Shown piece after piece: positions 1-6,352 of a stretch of DNA of 8,583 nucleotides. Where the stretch lies: the IMG/VR virus record IMGVR_UViG_2541047170_000019; one strand, 5' to 3'. Position 1 is the first letter of the stretch. Each line of letters starts with the position of its first letter. Below the pieces are notes generated by a model, which was not told the origin of the DNA, did not search any database, and saw only the letters and a program-made list of their open reading frames with translations. The translations under genes and the position numbers were made by a program. This DNA comes from a virus. Lineage: Duplodnaviria; Heunggongvirae; Uroviricota; Caudoviricetes.

Positions 1-139
1 CCATTATAATTTTACTTTCATTAGCAATTGGTTAGCTCAATTATAGCCCCAAAAGGTAAATTATCATCAACACATAAGCAAAGGACTGACAGGTGCCGCC
101 CCCCCCACCAGCCGCCCATTTACCACAAATAAAAAGCCT

Positions 140-460
140 TCAGGACTGAATGCGTCTGTAACAACCGCACTGATAGTCTGCCAGACCCGCCATAACCAGC
201 TGGGTCAGTATTAACTGGCAGCGTTCGCGTGAAAGGTAAGTATTCTGCGCAATCTCCCCGACTGTCGCCGGTTCGGTAACGCTTAATTCATTAAACACCA
301 CTCTGGCGGTTTCTGTCATATCCTGCTGTTTTAGCATGTCTTTTTCCCTTTTCCGGTTAACGTGACATACCAATAACTCTTGTCGAAAAAGCCAGCAAGT
401 TGAAAGACCGGTATTAGCAACCACCAGCGCGTTTAACGCCCCGTGCCGTTTTTCAGTCAT
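140..460 (-). CDS. hypothetical small protein downstream of the Q-like gene; C-terminal part resembles a winged-helix DNA-binding fold; start uncertain
   Basis: 106-aa ORF in the six-frame track. The ATG at 460 directly abuts the T-tract of the upstream terminator and has no Shine-Dalgarno; an internal ATG at 337 (65-aa product) is preceded by AAGGGA-like purine run about 9 nt upstream. No motif recognised with certainty. Confidence 0.4.
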   Translation of the reverse strand: MTEKRHGALNALVVANTGLSTCWLFRQELLVCHVNRKREKDMLKQQDMTETARVVFNELSVTEPATVGEIAQNTYLSRERCQLILTQLVMAGLADYQCGCYRRIQS

Positions 461-482
461 AAAAAAACCCGCAAAAAGCGGG
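461..482 (-). terminator. intrinsic (rho-independent) terminator after the Q-like gene; possible tR'-like element
   Basis: Minus strand reads CCCGC-TTTTT-GCGGG followed by TTTTTTT (plus-strand 468-472 cccgc, 478-482 gcggg, 461-467 A7). The stem is only 5 bp but GC-rich and followed by a 7-U tract. It lies about 80 nt downstream of the Q-like stop at 562. Confidence 0.5.
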
Positions 483-561
483 CTCTTTCAAATGTCCATG
501 TCTGCTATTCGCCTCGCGGTACAGCTTTGCGAAGCTTACCGGAATTGAAGCAGTTTTTACG

Positions 562-1116
562 TCAAAAAGCAATAACTTTTTTCTCTATACCAAAAGCCAT
601 AACCATTGGTTTGTACAAAATAAATTCTGCCACCTTTAGCCAATGCTCAATGCGTCTTTCACAGGTTCTTAAACTCCATTCCGGATGTGCATCATTCAGC
701 AATTCAGCCATTTTGCGCTTAGTCATCCCCCGCCCCACATAACGCTGACTCAGAACATTGAGCAGCCCGGGATAACCTGCCAGTACTTCACCAATAACCC
801 TGTCGATTATTAACGCCTCTGAATCGGTACAATGTGCCAGCCAGCTTTTTTGCTTGCCGTTGATCATATCCCGCAAAAAAGCCTCAAGTTTAGGTTTGTC
901 CAGACCTGCTTTTTTCATCCTCCGGAGCGCCTCGTTAATTGCCGTTTTTGTCAGCTTTTTAGAGGTCAGCAACTGGTTGAACATATTTCCCGTCTTACCG
1001 CCGCCAATATACGACCAGCGCCCCCACATACGTAGTTTCCCCTGAATCCAGACACTTTCCAGCGTGGTGAGACGAAGGTGCTCTCCGCTTTTTCCTGTGT
1101 TCGTTGGGTAAATCAT
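562..1116 (-). CDS. putative late-gene antitermination protein Q-like (lambdoid)
   Basis: The track ORF 562..1236 overlaps the upstream gene; the internal ATG at 1116..1114 overlaps the upstream TGA stop (ATGA), giving a 184-aa coupled gene. Position immediately after a YbcO-like nin gene and before a terminator matches the Q slot. The motif LRMWGRW...LLTSK resembles the WG-W / LITSK region I recall from QuuD/phage-82-type Q proteins (from memory, unverified). Confidence 0.5.
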   Translation of the reverse strand: MIYPTNTGKSGEHLRLTTLESVWIQGKLRMWGRWSYIGGGKTGNMFNQLLTSKKLTKTAINEALRRMKKAGLDKPKLEAFLRDMINGKQKSWLAHCTDSEALIIDRVIGEVLAGYPGLLNVLSQRYVGRGMTKRKMAELLNDAHPEWSLRTCERRIEHWLKVAEFILYKPMVMAFGIEKKVIAF

Positions 1117-1403
1117 AAATAACCGTCCTTTCTCCAGATCTCTTGTGTGCGAAAAACACCTTCTGCATGCATCAGGCGCAATTCTTCTTTGGTGTAATCG
1201 CTGGTTTTTACTCTCCCGTCGATTAAATCGTGGCATGAGTTACAGGCAATCGCTGCCTGCATATCGTGTGGCTTTATCGCTGTTCCGCACGTTCCCGCCA
1301 GCCTGTAATGCGCCAGCACAGAGGTTTCGGGATTGTGATTGCAGTAGCCAGGGATTCTGATCTGGCATATCTGGCCTTTAGCCGCTTTACGTAAATTCAC
1401 CAT
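1113..1403 (-). CDS. YbcO-like protein (DUF1364 family, Cys-rich putative nuclease of lambdoid nin regions)
   Basis: 96 aa, the same length as E. coli DLP12 YbcO, with a closely similar pattern (LRKAA.G..CQ.RIPG.CN.NPETSVLAH.RL.G.CGT..KP.D...IAC..CHD).  Start ATG 1403..1401 overlaps the upstream TAA stop by 1 nt. Confidence 0.75.
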   Translation of the reverse strand: MVNLRKAAKGQICQIRIPGYCNHNPETSVLAHYRLAGTCGTAIKPHDMQAAIACNSCHDLIDGRVKTSDYTKEELRLMHAEGVFRTQEIWRKDGYL

Positions 1404-2002
1404 TACGCAAACTCCAGTAGTTGTGCGGCCACATTTTCAACTTCCTCCTGAGAGGAGAATTTACGGAACAGAATCCAGTTCCACAGCACATTCAGTACAG
1501 ATTTATAAACCTGCTGAAACTCGACTTCGTCCATATTCGCAAAAGCGATGGATTTTGCCCGACGCCCACGGCTACCGTCCGGATAAATATGCTCGGTGTA
1601 AAATCCGGCCTGAATGGTTACCCACTCGCGGAAAGCCTCAAACGACTTTAGCAACGCCGTATCCCGGGTTCTACGAGTCGCAACGGTGTTAAGGTATTGC
1701 TCTGCGGCATCACTCAGGGCTGGCGTGTGTTCCCGACCAACTGATTCGCACAGGTAATCAACGAAACCAGACAGCAGTTCTCGTTCGCGAGGCGTGATCG
1801 CCCCACCGACCGGAGTCCAGTAATCGAATCCCAGTTGCAGGAGTTTGAAAAAACGCTTGTGGAATGCGTAGTTACGCACACGCTTAAAATCTGCGTGTAT
1901 CCACTCACCTATTTTGATTTGATGCAGAAAATCGCAACTCTCCGGCGTCGCCGGGAGAAGTAAACCAGAAGAAGTTTGTTTGACCAGTTGTATATGCGCC
2001 AT
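1403..2002 (-). CDS. conserved lambdoid nin-region protein, probably DUF1367 family
   Basis: Clean 199-aa ORF at about 45-50% GC by eye. GAGAGA Shine-Dalgarno about 7 nt upstream of the ATG at 2002. Lies directly upstream of, and coupled to, the YbcO-like gene. Family assignment is from memory of typical nin-region gene content. Confidence 0.65.
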   Translation of the reverse strand: MAHIQLVKQTSSGLLLPATPESCDFLHQIKIGEWIHADFKRVRNYAFHKRFFKLLQLGFDYWTPVGGAITPRERELLSGFVDYLCESVGREHTPALSDAAEQYLNTVATRRTRDTALLKSFEAFREWVTIQAGFYTEHIYPDGSRGRRAKSIAFANMDEVEFQQVYKSVLNVLWNWILFRKFSSQEEVENVAAQLLEFA

Positions 2003-2421
2003 TTCTCAATCTCTCGATGGCGCAGTGCAGCAGATGCCAGTTGTTCAAGCTAGCACGCAAATTGTAAACCAGAATGCCAGGAAAAAACAAAACCCGCCGA
2101 AGCTGGTTGTGTGCGGTTGCGTTGAAGTCTCCTAGCCAAAGAGTAGCGGTGACCACTCCCCGCCGATAATCTTAGTTGTTTAATTTCGTAAGCTAACTAG
2201 GCTAAAAGCTCTCTGTTGTCTGCCTGTTGTACAATTAACAAAATGAACAACGAACTAGATATACCAACGCCAGAATGGTGCAACAAATCCCAAACAACAC
2301 AGCAATGCAACAATAACATATGTTATTTTCCTCTCACGGGATTCAGTCCTGAATTCTCATAAAGCTAATCTTTTTTTAAAAACATACTGTTAGATCACAT
2401 GCACTTTCTTTCTTAACATCG

Positions 2422-2449
2422 TTGACTTCGCATGCGAAGCGTTTAAAAT
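2422..2449 (+). promoter_or_regulatory. candidate sigma70-type promoter for the GHKL ATPase operon
   Basis: TTGACT (2422-2427), 16-bp spacer, TAAAAT (2444-2449); A/T-rich upstream region. Predicted start site near 2456, about 45 nt upstream of the ATG at 2502. The spacer contains the perfect palindrome TTCGCATGCGAA (2427-2438). Confidence 0.4.
2427..2438. promoter_or_regulatory. perfect 12-bp palindrome TTCGCATGCGAA inside the promoter spacer; candidate operator or methylation-sensitive site
   Basis: Self-complementary 12-mer read directly from the sequence, overlapping the -35 hexamer and spacer of the candidate promoter. Confidence 0.3.
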
Positions 2450-2501
2450 CAACAATTTGCACTTAAGGTATTTATTTTCCCAAACACATAGAGAGTAAAT
2501 T

Positions 2502-3893
2502 ATGACTGAGAACACGACTCCAACAGCAGACTTTAGTCCTAGTAAAAGATTTTTTGTAAGTATGCTAACTCGAGATATCGACTTAAACGATGCCATACTT
2601 GATCTGCTTGATAACTGCGTCGATGGGGCTTTACGTACAATAAAAGACACAAAAAAAACTTCAAAACCATATGAAGGATTTTATGCGAAACTTACGATTA
2701 ATAAAGATGTCTTTATTATAGAAGACAATTGCGGAGGTATCCCTAAAAGCTTCCGAGAATATGCTTTTAAAATGGGACGACCCCATCAAAAAGAAGAAGA
2801 AAATGAAGGCACCGTTGGCGTCTATGGTATTGGTATGAAAAGAGCCATTTTTAAAATGGGTAGAGATTGCTCAATACAATCGAATAATCCCGATGGCGCA
2901 TTCACTGTAGATATAACACCTGATTGGATCGATGGTGATGGTTGGAAAATACCGATGCACGAGAGTGACTATGATAACAAAAATCCAACAGGCACAACTA
3001 TAGAGATAAAAAAACTCCATTCTAATGTGGCACAAAAATTTAATGAGAGCACATATCTTACTGATCTCTTTTTACAGATAAAACACTCATTGTCATTTAT
3101 TATTCAAAAAGGATTTAAAATAGAATTAAATGGAGTTGTTGTTGAACATAATCCGATTAACATCATAACTGATCATTCTAAAATAGAACCATACATATAT
3201 AAAGCTAAAATAGACGATGTTGATATCGATTTAGTTGTTGGCTTCTATAAAAATTTAGAAGATGACAATGATGATGTTTTAGAAAAAAGGAGTTCTGATG
3301 ATGCTGGATGGACTGTCATTTGCAATGACCGCGTTGTTCTATATTGTGATAAGACACATCTCACAGGTTGGGGCTTTGCTAATGTACCAAGGTTTCATAC
3401 CCAATTTATAGCAATTTCTGGGGTTGTTCGCTTTACCAGTAAAAACCCAGAAAAATTACCAATAACAACAACGAAACGAGGTGTCGATCTTAGTTCTACA
3501 TTGTACAATGATGTACGAAATAAAATGATTGAAGGGATGATGCATTTTATTCGATTCACCAATCAGTGGAAAGGTGAGCATCTTGAAGAAGGGAAAAAAT
3601 TACTTAAGTCAGCTCAGTCACATGAAGCTCAATCTTTATTTGAAATTACCCCACAATCAACTCCAGAAGATAAAAAAAATAACTGGTCCAACCCTAATAG
3701 AAACAAAAATGAGTGGCGATATACACCTAAGCTGCCTACCCCAGTAAAAAAAAGCTCTACTGTACGAATAATCTTCACCAGAGAGAAAGAAGATGTTAAA
3801 ATTTTATCTAAATATTTCTTTGGACATGAAGATGCTAGCGCTTCTGATGTGGGGATGCAATGCTTTGATACGGTGATTGAAGAGGTGAAGTGA
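2502..3893 (+). CDS. GHKL-superfamily (Bergerat-fold) ATPase, MutL/MORC/Hsp90-like N-terminal domain with a C-terminal region of about 290 aa of unknown function
   Basis: 463-aa ORF; GAGAG Shine-Dalgarno 6 nt upstream of the ATG. All four Bergerat motifs appear in canonical order: N-box DLLDNCVDGA (aa 34-43, nt 2601-2630), G1 box IEDNCGGIP (aa 73-81), G2 box GTVGVYGIGMKRAIF (aa 103-117) and G3 box PTGTTIEI (aa 162-169). The N-box has the N...D spacing of MutL/Hsp90/GyrB/MORC-type ATPases rather than histidine kinases. Confidence 0.8.
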   Translation: MTENTTPTADFSPSKRFFVSMLTRDIDLNDAILDLLDNCVDGALRTIKDTKKTSKPYEGFYAKLTINKDVFIIEDNCGGIPKSFREYAFKMGRPHQKEEENEGTVGVYGIGMKRAIFKMGRDCSIQSNNPDGAFTVDITPDWIDGDGWKIPMHESDYDNKNPTGTTIEIKKLHSNVAQKFNESTYLTDLFLQIKHSLSFIIQKGFKIELNGVVVEHNPINIITDHSKIEPYIYKAKIDDVDIDLVVGFYKNLEDDNDDVLEKRSSDDAGWTVICNDRVVLYCDKTHLTGWGFANVPRFHTQFIAISGVVRFTSKNPEKLPITTTKRGVDLSSTLYNDVRNKMIEGMMHFIRFTNQWKGEHLEEGKKLLKSAQSHEAQSLFEITPQSTPEDKKNNWSNPNRNKNEWRYTPKLPTPVKKSSTVRIIFTREKEDVKILSKYFFGHEDASASDVGMQCFDTVIEEVK

Positions 3894-4882
3894 TGTCTGG
3901 ACAATACATTCCCTATCACTTAAGGCATAATAAGTCTATTGATAGAGAGATTTTTCTCGAAAGCCTAAACCTCTTAAGCAAAAGACTAAATATTCAAGAA
4001 TATACATATATAGGTTTTGGTGGTCCGATGCTTGAAGATTTTAGAATCATGCATAATCGTATCGCTCTTTCTGATATGATTTCTCTCGAAGAACAAGAGT
4101 CTACTCACATCAGACAAAAATATAATTTGCCTTATAATTGTATTGATTGTAAGCTAATATCAGCTCATGACTTTATTCTTGATTATAGTTTTTCTAAACC
4201 ATCAATAACATGGTTAGACTATGCCTCCCCGAAAAAAATACAAACGGATCTAGATGATATACACTTACTAAGTACTAAAGTAAGCTCTTTTGATATTTTG
4301 AAGGTCACCTTCCCCATAAATCCTAGTTCTTATTACCAACGTAGAGTTGGAGAAAGTTTAGATATTTTTAAAGAAGCTTTTATTAATTCATTAAAATCAT
4401 TGCTTGGGAAAAAGTATCTTGATTTTAATCTTCAGATATCAAATGCAGATCTTTCAGATCGTAAGATTAAAGCTCTTTTAATACGAATTATTACAAACGC
4501 TTTTAGATCAGCAATAGAACGTGGTCTTTCAGGACGTAAGGATAAGATTCAGTATTACCCATTATCCTTAAATCAATATAATGATGGCAGTCATACCATG
4601 TTGACAATATCAGGTTTTTTCTCCTCAGAACAAGAATATATAGAGTTATCTAAGGCATGCGACCTTTCTAACTGGCAATTTTATTCAACAAATTGGGAAG
4701 ACGTGCAAGAAATAGCAATACCAACACTAACAATTAAAGAAAAGATAAATTTAGATAGTAAACTGCCTGATAAAGAAGCATATCAGGCAGCCGCTGAAGA
4801 GTTCTCTTTAAACGAAAATGAACGGGATAACTATTATAAATACTATAGGTTATACCCTAACTTCCAAAGAATTATGGTTTAA
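3893..4882 (+). CDS. hypothetical protein, translationally coupled partner of the GHKL ATPase; function unknown
   Basis: ATG 3893-3895 overlaps the ATPase TGA stop (3891-3893) as TGATG, with AGAGGTGA 5-8 nt upstream (the track's start at 3890 is a GTG). 330-aa (from ATG 3893; 331 codons from the track GTG 3890) AT-rich ORF. No canonical nuclease, helicase or Toprim motif recognised. The N-terminal YIGFGGP...RIALSD...NLPY is faintly reminiscent of a Rossmann-type SAM-binding motif followed by a degenerate (D/N)PPY (speculative). Confidence 0.75.
   Translation: MSGQYIPYHLRHNKSIDREIFLESLNLLSKRLNIQEYTYIGFGGPMLEDFRIMHNRIALSDMISLEEQESTHIRQKYNLPYNCIDCKLISAHDFILDYSFSKPSITWLDYASPKKIQTDLDDIHLLSTKVSSFDILKVTFPINPSSYYQRRVGESLDIFKEAFINSLKSLLGKKYLDFNLQISNADLSDRKIKALLIRIITNAFRSAIERGLSGRKDKIQYYPLSLNQYNDGSHTMLTISGFFSSEQEYIELSKACDLSNWQFYSTNWEDVQEIAIPTLTIKEKINLDSKLPDKEAYQAAAEEFSLNENERDNYYKYYRLYPNFQRIMV
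4745..4790 (-). terminator. candidate intrinsic terminator for the methyltransferase gene, embedded in the 3' coding region of the convergent partner gene
   Basis: Perfect 10-bp inverted repeat CTGCCTGATA (4763-4772) / TATCAGGCAG (4781-4790) with an 8-nt loop. On the minus strand it is followed by the U-rich run TTTACTATCTAAATTTAT. It lies about 60 nt downstream of the methyltransferase stop at 4850. The plus-strand side is not T-rich. Confidence 0.4.
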
Positions 4883-6001
4883 ATATTCGGGCTGTACTCT
4901 TTTATTTAATAAATTGTACAGCCCCTTTAATATATATTCAGCAACTATTGGTGACACGCTATTTCCTATTTGTCTGAAACTATGCCATTTAGTTACATGA
5001 AAGCGAAACCAATCAGGGAAGCCTTGTAATCTAGCAGCTTCTCTTGGTGTAATCACTCTTGGATGATAAGGGTGGATCGGCCTGACGGCTTGAAAGCTTC
5101 CTTTATCTCTAGCGGTTCCCGCCCTTAAAGTCGGGCAAAAACCATTTGGATCTAATCTTGTAGATCTTGAAATTTTATCAGTTTCCCCAAAAGATAAGGA
5201 AGCATAACGCTCTTGGACGATTTTGCTATGTAATGTTCCGGTACATCCAGATATGATATTATTTTTTAACTTAGCGATCGATTCTGTATCACCAACATTC
5301 CGAGGGATCTGCCCCCATAATTTTTCATAAAATCCCCCTTTTCGATCTTTTTTAATTGTTCGCCAACTCTCAGAGTCTGATTGCCAATTGGCATCGATAA
5401 TATCTGGTAATCCATACAAAGCATCTTTTACAGTAACCGGATCAATCATTTTAGGCATAAATACTTCATCTGAAATATCAAGCTTCAATGATTTTTTTAC
5501 ACCGATAAAAAAATATCTAGTTCGAATAGTTGGAGCACCATAATCAGATGCTTTTACCTTGATGGGATCAAGAATATCATAATCACCGCTAACCAAATTA
5601 AATGCTTTATTTCTAATGCCAGAATATTTCTCTTGCATAATACCTGGAACATTTTCTGCCAAAAAGAATAATGGCTGTAATTCTGATACTAAACGGTAGA
5701 AATGCATGTAAAGCTGATTCCTGCTATCATCAGGATTCCCCTTGCCTATTGAACTAAATCCTTGGCACGGAGGACCGCCAATAATACCATCTATGGGCAT
5801 ATCGTTTTTAAAAAAACCCTTAATTATTTCTGCATTTAGTAAAGAAACATCTTCTTGGACGTGCAAACTTCTTGGAAAATTAATTGCGTGAGTATTAATA
5901 GCATGTTGATCAATTTCAACTGCCATTTTAACATCAAATCCAGCACGTGCAGCACCAAGACTTAGACCTCCAACGCCAGAAAACAAATCTATTACATTCA
6001 T
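4850..6001 (-). CDS. DNA (cytosine-5)-methyltransferase
   Basis: 383 aa with canonical C5-methyltransferase motifs in order: motif I DLFSGVGGLSLG (aa 5-16), motif IV GGPPCQGFS with catalytic Cys79, motif VI FLAENVPG, motif VIII RTRYFFIG, motif X IGNSVSPIVAEYI. Target-recognition region between VIII and X is about 190 aa. Specificity cannot be read from the sequence. Confidence 0.9.
   Translation of the reverse strand: MNVIDLFSGVGGLSLGAARAGFDVKMAVEIDQHAINTHAINFPRSLHVQEDVSLLNAEIIKGFFKNDMPIDGIIGGPPCQGFSSIGKGNPDDSRNQLYMHFYRLVSELQPLFFLAENVPGIMQEKYSGIRNKAFNLVSGDYDILDPIKVKASDYGAPTIRTRYFFIGVKKSLKLDISDEVFMPKMIDPVTVKDALYGLPDIIDANWQSDSESWRTIKKDRKGGFYEKLWGQIPRNVGDTESIAKLKNNIISGCTGTLHSKIVQERYASLSFGETDKISRSTRLDPNGFCPTLRAGTARDKGSFQAVRPIHPYHPRVITPREAARLQGFPDWFRFHVTKWHSFRQIGNSVSPIVAEYILKGLYNLLNKRVQPEYLNHNSLEVRV
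4889..4924 (+). terminator. stem-loop downstream of the partner gene stop; candidate terminator for the ATPase operon, lying inside the methyltransferase C-terminal codons
   Basis: 9-bp inverted repeat GGGCTGTAC (4889-4897) / GTACAGCCC (4916-4924) with an 18-nt A/T-rich loop, followed on the plus strand by CTTTAATATATATTC. It starts 7 nt after the partner gene stop (4880-4882). The large loop and interrupted T-tract make it a weak terminator call. Confidence 0.3.
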
Positions 6002-6033
6002 ATAGTTGCAACGTCTCTTATTAGTTTCTATGT

Positions 6034-6063
6034 ATTATAACACAACTGTTCTTGATGTTTTAA
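6034..6063 (-). promoter_or_regulatory. candidate extended -10 promoter for the methyltransferase gene
   Basis: Minus strand reads TGTTATAAT (perfect TATAAT at 6039..6034 with TGn extension) with a weak -35 TTAAAA at 6063..6058 (18-bp spacer). Predicted start site near 6027, about 25 nt upstream of the ATG at 6001. Confidence 0.4.
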
Positions 6064-6173
6064 CCCCATAAGATAACCTCATAAAGGCTATCCCTTGAAA
6101 ATACCGGATCGCATAAATTTAATCTTTCAAAACTACTTGTCTATTAATCGAGCAATTTAAGGTTGTTTTAGTC

Positions 6174-6189
6174 ATGTCGATACCGACAT
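6174..6189. repeat. 16-bp palindromic element ATGTCG-ATAC-CGACAT in the noncoding region upstream of the methyltransferase
   Basis: Perfect 6-bp inverted arms with a 4-bp spacer read directly from the sequence; a second inverted repeat CCCATTT(n12)AAATGGG lies at 6201-6226. Confidence 0.3.
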
Positions 6190-6263
6190 AGTTAACTAAA
6201 CCCATTTCATCGTCCAACAAATGGGGGTAATACACTTTGATTTATAGTCGGGTGGGTTTTTCT

Positions 6264-6299
6264 CTATCTGCCTTTGGTGTTCATGCCCAAGGCAGATAG
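6264..6299. repeat. perfect 11-bp inverted repeat at the right edge of the AT-rich island
   Basis: CTATCTGCCTT (6264-6274) and AAGGCAGATAG (6289-6299) with a 14-nt spacer. Not flanked by a T-tract on the correct side in either orientation, so not a canonical terminator. It sits at the composition transition. Confidence 0.35.
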
Positions 6300-6352
6300 C
6301 CTCAAGCACCCGCAGCAATTCTACTTAACTATCCTTTTCCCGCAAATCGTTT

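Larger units (their letters stand above)
2160..6260. other. AT-rich cargo island (moron-like insertion) within the prophage nin region
   Basis: Sampled by eye, the interval is about 28-35% GC against about 45-55% in the flanks. It contains three long ORFs with the K/N/I-rich composition of low-GC DNA and carries its own promoter-like and terminator-like elements. Boundaries are approximate. No integrase, transposase or clear terminal repeats. Confidence 0.6.

Noticed and set aside
100-140. Terminator downstream of the 140..460 ORF
   Set aside because: The T-run (minus strand) is preceded only by a 3-bp potential stem; too weak to call.
490-565. Specific pR'-like late promoter call (TTGACG at 565..560)
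   Set aside because: No acceptable -10 hexamer at 16-18 bp spacing, so I report only a late-control region hypothesis, not a promoter feature.
443-742. Plus-strand 99-aa ORF overlapping the terminator and the Q-like gene
   Set aside because: Antisense to a better-supported minus-strand gene, no ribosome-binding site, and it spans an intrinsic terminator; likely a spurious frame.
832-1360. Plus-strand ORFs 832..1035, 854..1045 and 1145..1360
   Set aside because: All lie antisense inside the coupled Q-like and YbcO-like genes, with no start signals and low-complexity translations.
1421-2156. ORFs 1421..1651 (+), 1423..1692 (+), 1714..1908 (-) and 1905..2156 (-)
   Set aside because: They overlap the DUF1367-like gene in alternative frames or antisense; 1905..2156 would overlap the well-supported start at 2002 and has no ribosome-binding site.
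2390-2650. Minus-strand 86-aa ORF across the ATPase promoter and start
   Set aside because: Antisense to the promoter and the N-terminal motif region of the ATPase; a chance open frame in AT-rich DNA.
3629-3919. Minus-strand 96-aa ORF inside the ATPase 3' region
   Set aside because: Antisense to a long, motif-supported gene; no start signals.
4818-5000. Plus-strand 60-aa ORF over the convergent overlap zone
   Set aside because: It sits across the partner gene stop and the methyltransferase C-terminus, where both flanking genes are better supported.
2219-6273. Possible direct repeats flanking the island (TCTGCCT at 2219-2225 and 6267-6273)
   Set aside because: Only a 7-mer is shared and surrounding similarity is weak; a match this short is expected by chance, so it is not evidence of target-site duplication.
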